Positions 62,366 to 64,000 of a DNA stretch of 64,000 bases are shown piece after piece. The stretch comes from Spirochaetota bacterium (GTDB lineage: Bacteria > Spirochaetota > UBA4802 > UBA5550), in assembly GCA_963664815.2 (NCBI GenBank), contig CAXXHB010000003.1, forward strand, positions 3,136,001 to 3,200,000, written 5' to 3'. Under the pieces are notes generated by a model. The model saw only the letters and a list, made by a program, of their open reading frames with translations. It was not told the origin of the DNA and searched no databases. Made by a program: the position numbers and the translations under genes. Position 1 is the stretch's first letter. Every line of letters starts with the position of its first letter.

Positions 62366-62939
62366 AAATGCTTTTATTCCACCTCGGCAAAGAACTTAAA
62401 AACGGTTCTTTAAAGACACCTGACGGCATTGAAGATACAGAAAAGCTTTTTAATCAGCTTGCGTATATTCCATAGGTTGTAAACTCCCAGCCTCCCGGCA
62501 AAGGTAAAAAGAAACCGGTAAACATAGTCCGCTATCTTTCGAGATACGTTGCTAAAAGTGCAGTCAGTGATAAACGGATACAGAAAGCGGAGAATGGAAA
62601 TGTTTACATCCGCTATTACAATAGAAAAAGGAAGCAGAGTAAAATGGAGGTTGTTACAGAGATTCAATTTATGAAACGGCTGGTACTGCATATTCTTCCT
62701 AAAGGATTTAAAAAGTCCGGTTCTTCGGGTTTATGGCAAACCATAACAGGGCAAACAATCTTGCCCTTTGCCGGATGTTTCTTGGTCAGCCCCTGGCGGA
62801 GCAGGATGAGCGGAGCAAAGAGCTTCTTGAGGATACAGCTTTCCTGTTCTGGAAATATTTCAGGATTGATATAACTCTCTGCAGGGAGTGCGAAAAGGGA
62901 CACATTCATTATATCCATGGCCTGTCGACTTACGGTTAG
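62366..62939 (+). pseudogene. IS91-family (Y2) transposase C-terminal fragment
   Basis: YLSRYVAKSAVSDKRI, FMKRLVLHILPKGFKK, C-terminal CxxC; internal TAG and frameshift. Confidence 0.85.
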
Positions 62940-63038
62940 CTGTTATAAAGAAGTATATCCGCACAGATTTAAAAAACTGTTTTATAGAGAGGATAAGTAT
63001 GTCCGGAGCATTTGAGATTTTTCATAAAATCGCCATTC

Positions 63039-63252
63039 ACAGTCTATCAGATAACTGTAGAAATAATTATTTTACGGAATTATTATTTTTTCCGGTAAGA
63101 TCATCGGATTTTTACTGTATGTTATTTCAAAGATCGGGAGAAAACGGTATTCAAATTCCTAAATATACTGTTCGATCCCAGTGGTTTCGTCCAACAGAGT
63201 CTTAACATAGCTGCTACCTGAAGATTAAAATTATCTGTTTAATGTTTTTATA
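63039..63252 (+). repeat. IS91-like element downstream end plus hairpin arm, copy 2
   Basis: Homologous to 57238-57476; contains GTTTCGTCCAAC. Confidence 0.8.
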
Positions 63253-63324
63253 AGTTTTTCAAAATATCCCCCATGCTCTTTTTCCACACCGAAGCGCATG
63301 GACGCGCGAAGGTTATTTAAAAAA

Positions 63325-64000
63325 TCATTGATTAACTGCTTCTCGCATGGAGTCTCTTTTGGATAATTCTCGTAATTGCAAATCTATTGATTTTATAACA
63401 ACTACGTCAGATTGAAATGGAAAAAGTCGATTTTCTTTAATTTCTTTTGTTTGAACAACTATTTTTAGCGGATAATTTTTTCCTACTGATGCTTTTTCTA
63501 ACTTTTCAATGGTTTCTTCAACTGTATCATATTCACCTTGAATTTTTACAGGTACAGGAAAGCCATTATGGTGCTCTTTTAAAAAACCATCTATGCCAGT
63601 ATTTCTTTGAACTGGTAATGCATTAATACTTGCAAGTATTGATAATTCATAATCATTTTTAACTAAATAATCTGATGTTCCTTTTTTTAAGAGATTAGAT
63701 TGAGTTATTACCATCTCATCAAGACGAGAATTTGAAAGATTTACAGCATCTATAGAAATATCAATCCCAATATATTTTCTGTTTAGTAGTTTTGCAGAAA
63801 CACAAGTTGTCCCACTACCACAAAATGGGTCTAAAACAATATCACCCTCATCAGTTGAAATATTTATAATTTGATTTAAAAGTAAAACCGGTTTTTGAGT
63901 TGGATAACCAGTTCTTTCTTTTGCTTTAGGATTAAGGTATGGAATTTCCCATACATCTGATAACGGGACACCTTTCTTTTCTTTTCCAATTACTATTTTT
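63325..64000 (-). CDS. N4/N6 DNA methyltransferase (beta-class order), 5' part outside the window
   Basis: Frame is open to the window edge: SDVWEIPYLNP.AKERTGYPTQKP...DIVLDPFCGSGTT; R''-like AAATAAC after the stop. Confidence 0.88.
   Translation of the reverse strand, partial: KIVIGKEKKGVPLSDVWEIPYLNPKAKERTGYPTQKPVLLLNQIINISTDEGDIVLDPFCGSGTTCVSAKLLNRKYIGIDISIDAVNLSNSRLDEMVITQSNLLKKGTSDYLVKNDYELSILASINALPVQRNTGIDGFLKEHHNGFPVPVKIQGEYDTVEETIEKLEKASVGKNYPLKIVVQTKEIKENRLFPFQSDVVVIKSIDLQLRELSKRDSMREAVNQ

Overview
AT-rich bacterial window, most likely a free-living Spirochaetota related to Leptospira. This is inferred from gene order (thrS-infC-rpmI-rplT-zapB-zapA-cheW-cheA-cheB-cheY-scpA-scpB-cmk-rpsA; rpmF-acpP-rnc) and from the style of the attC-like sites. 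Positions 1-36.7 kb are core genome: a PEPCK-like gene behind a long attenuator-like leader next to a DUF2294/MpsC gene, a hybrid kinase, murJ, dacB, rnc/acpP/rpmF, rpsA/cmk, scpAB, a chemotaxis operon whose CheA carries a C-terminal CheC-like domain, translation genes and tRNA-Val(GAC). Positions 37-50 kb are accessory: MCP, SRAP-umuD-umuC, AraC/transglutaminase, GrpB, a two-kinase hybrid sensor and an HTH regulator. Positions 50-64 kb look like a decaying integron-type cassette array on the minus strand (DUF1349, vapBC, a TIR/NDT-like fusion, a secreted discoidin-like protein, a DNA methyltransferase), with no integrase inside the window and a plus-strand block of orphan Rhs toxin/immunity modules in the middle. 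Most attC-like junctions have been hit by a mobile element: an IS1182-like remnant, IS91-like ends, a truncated group II intron at an R' box, and an intact RmInt1-like (class D) group II intron whose EBS1 exactly complements the attC-internal sequence it sits in. All protein calls come from motif recognition by eye; no searches were run.
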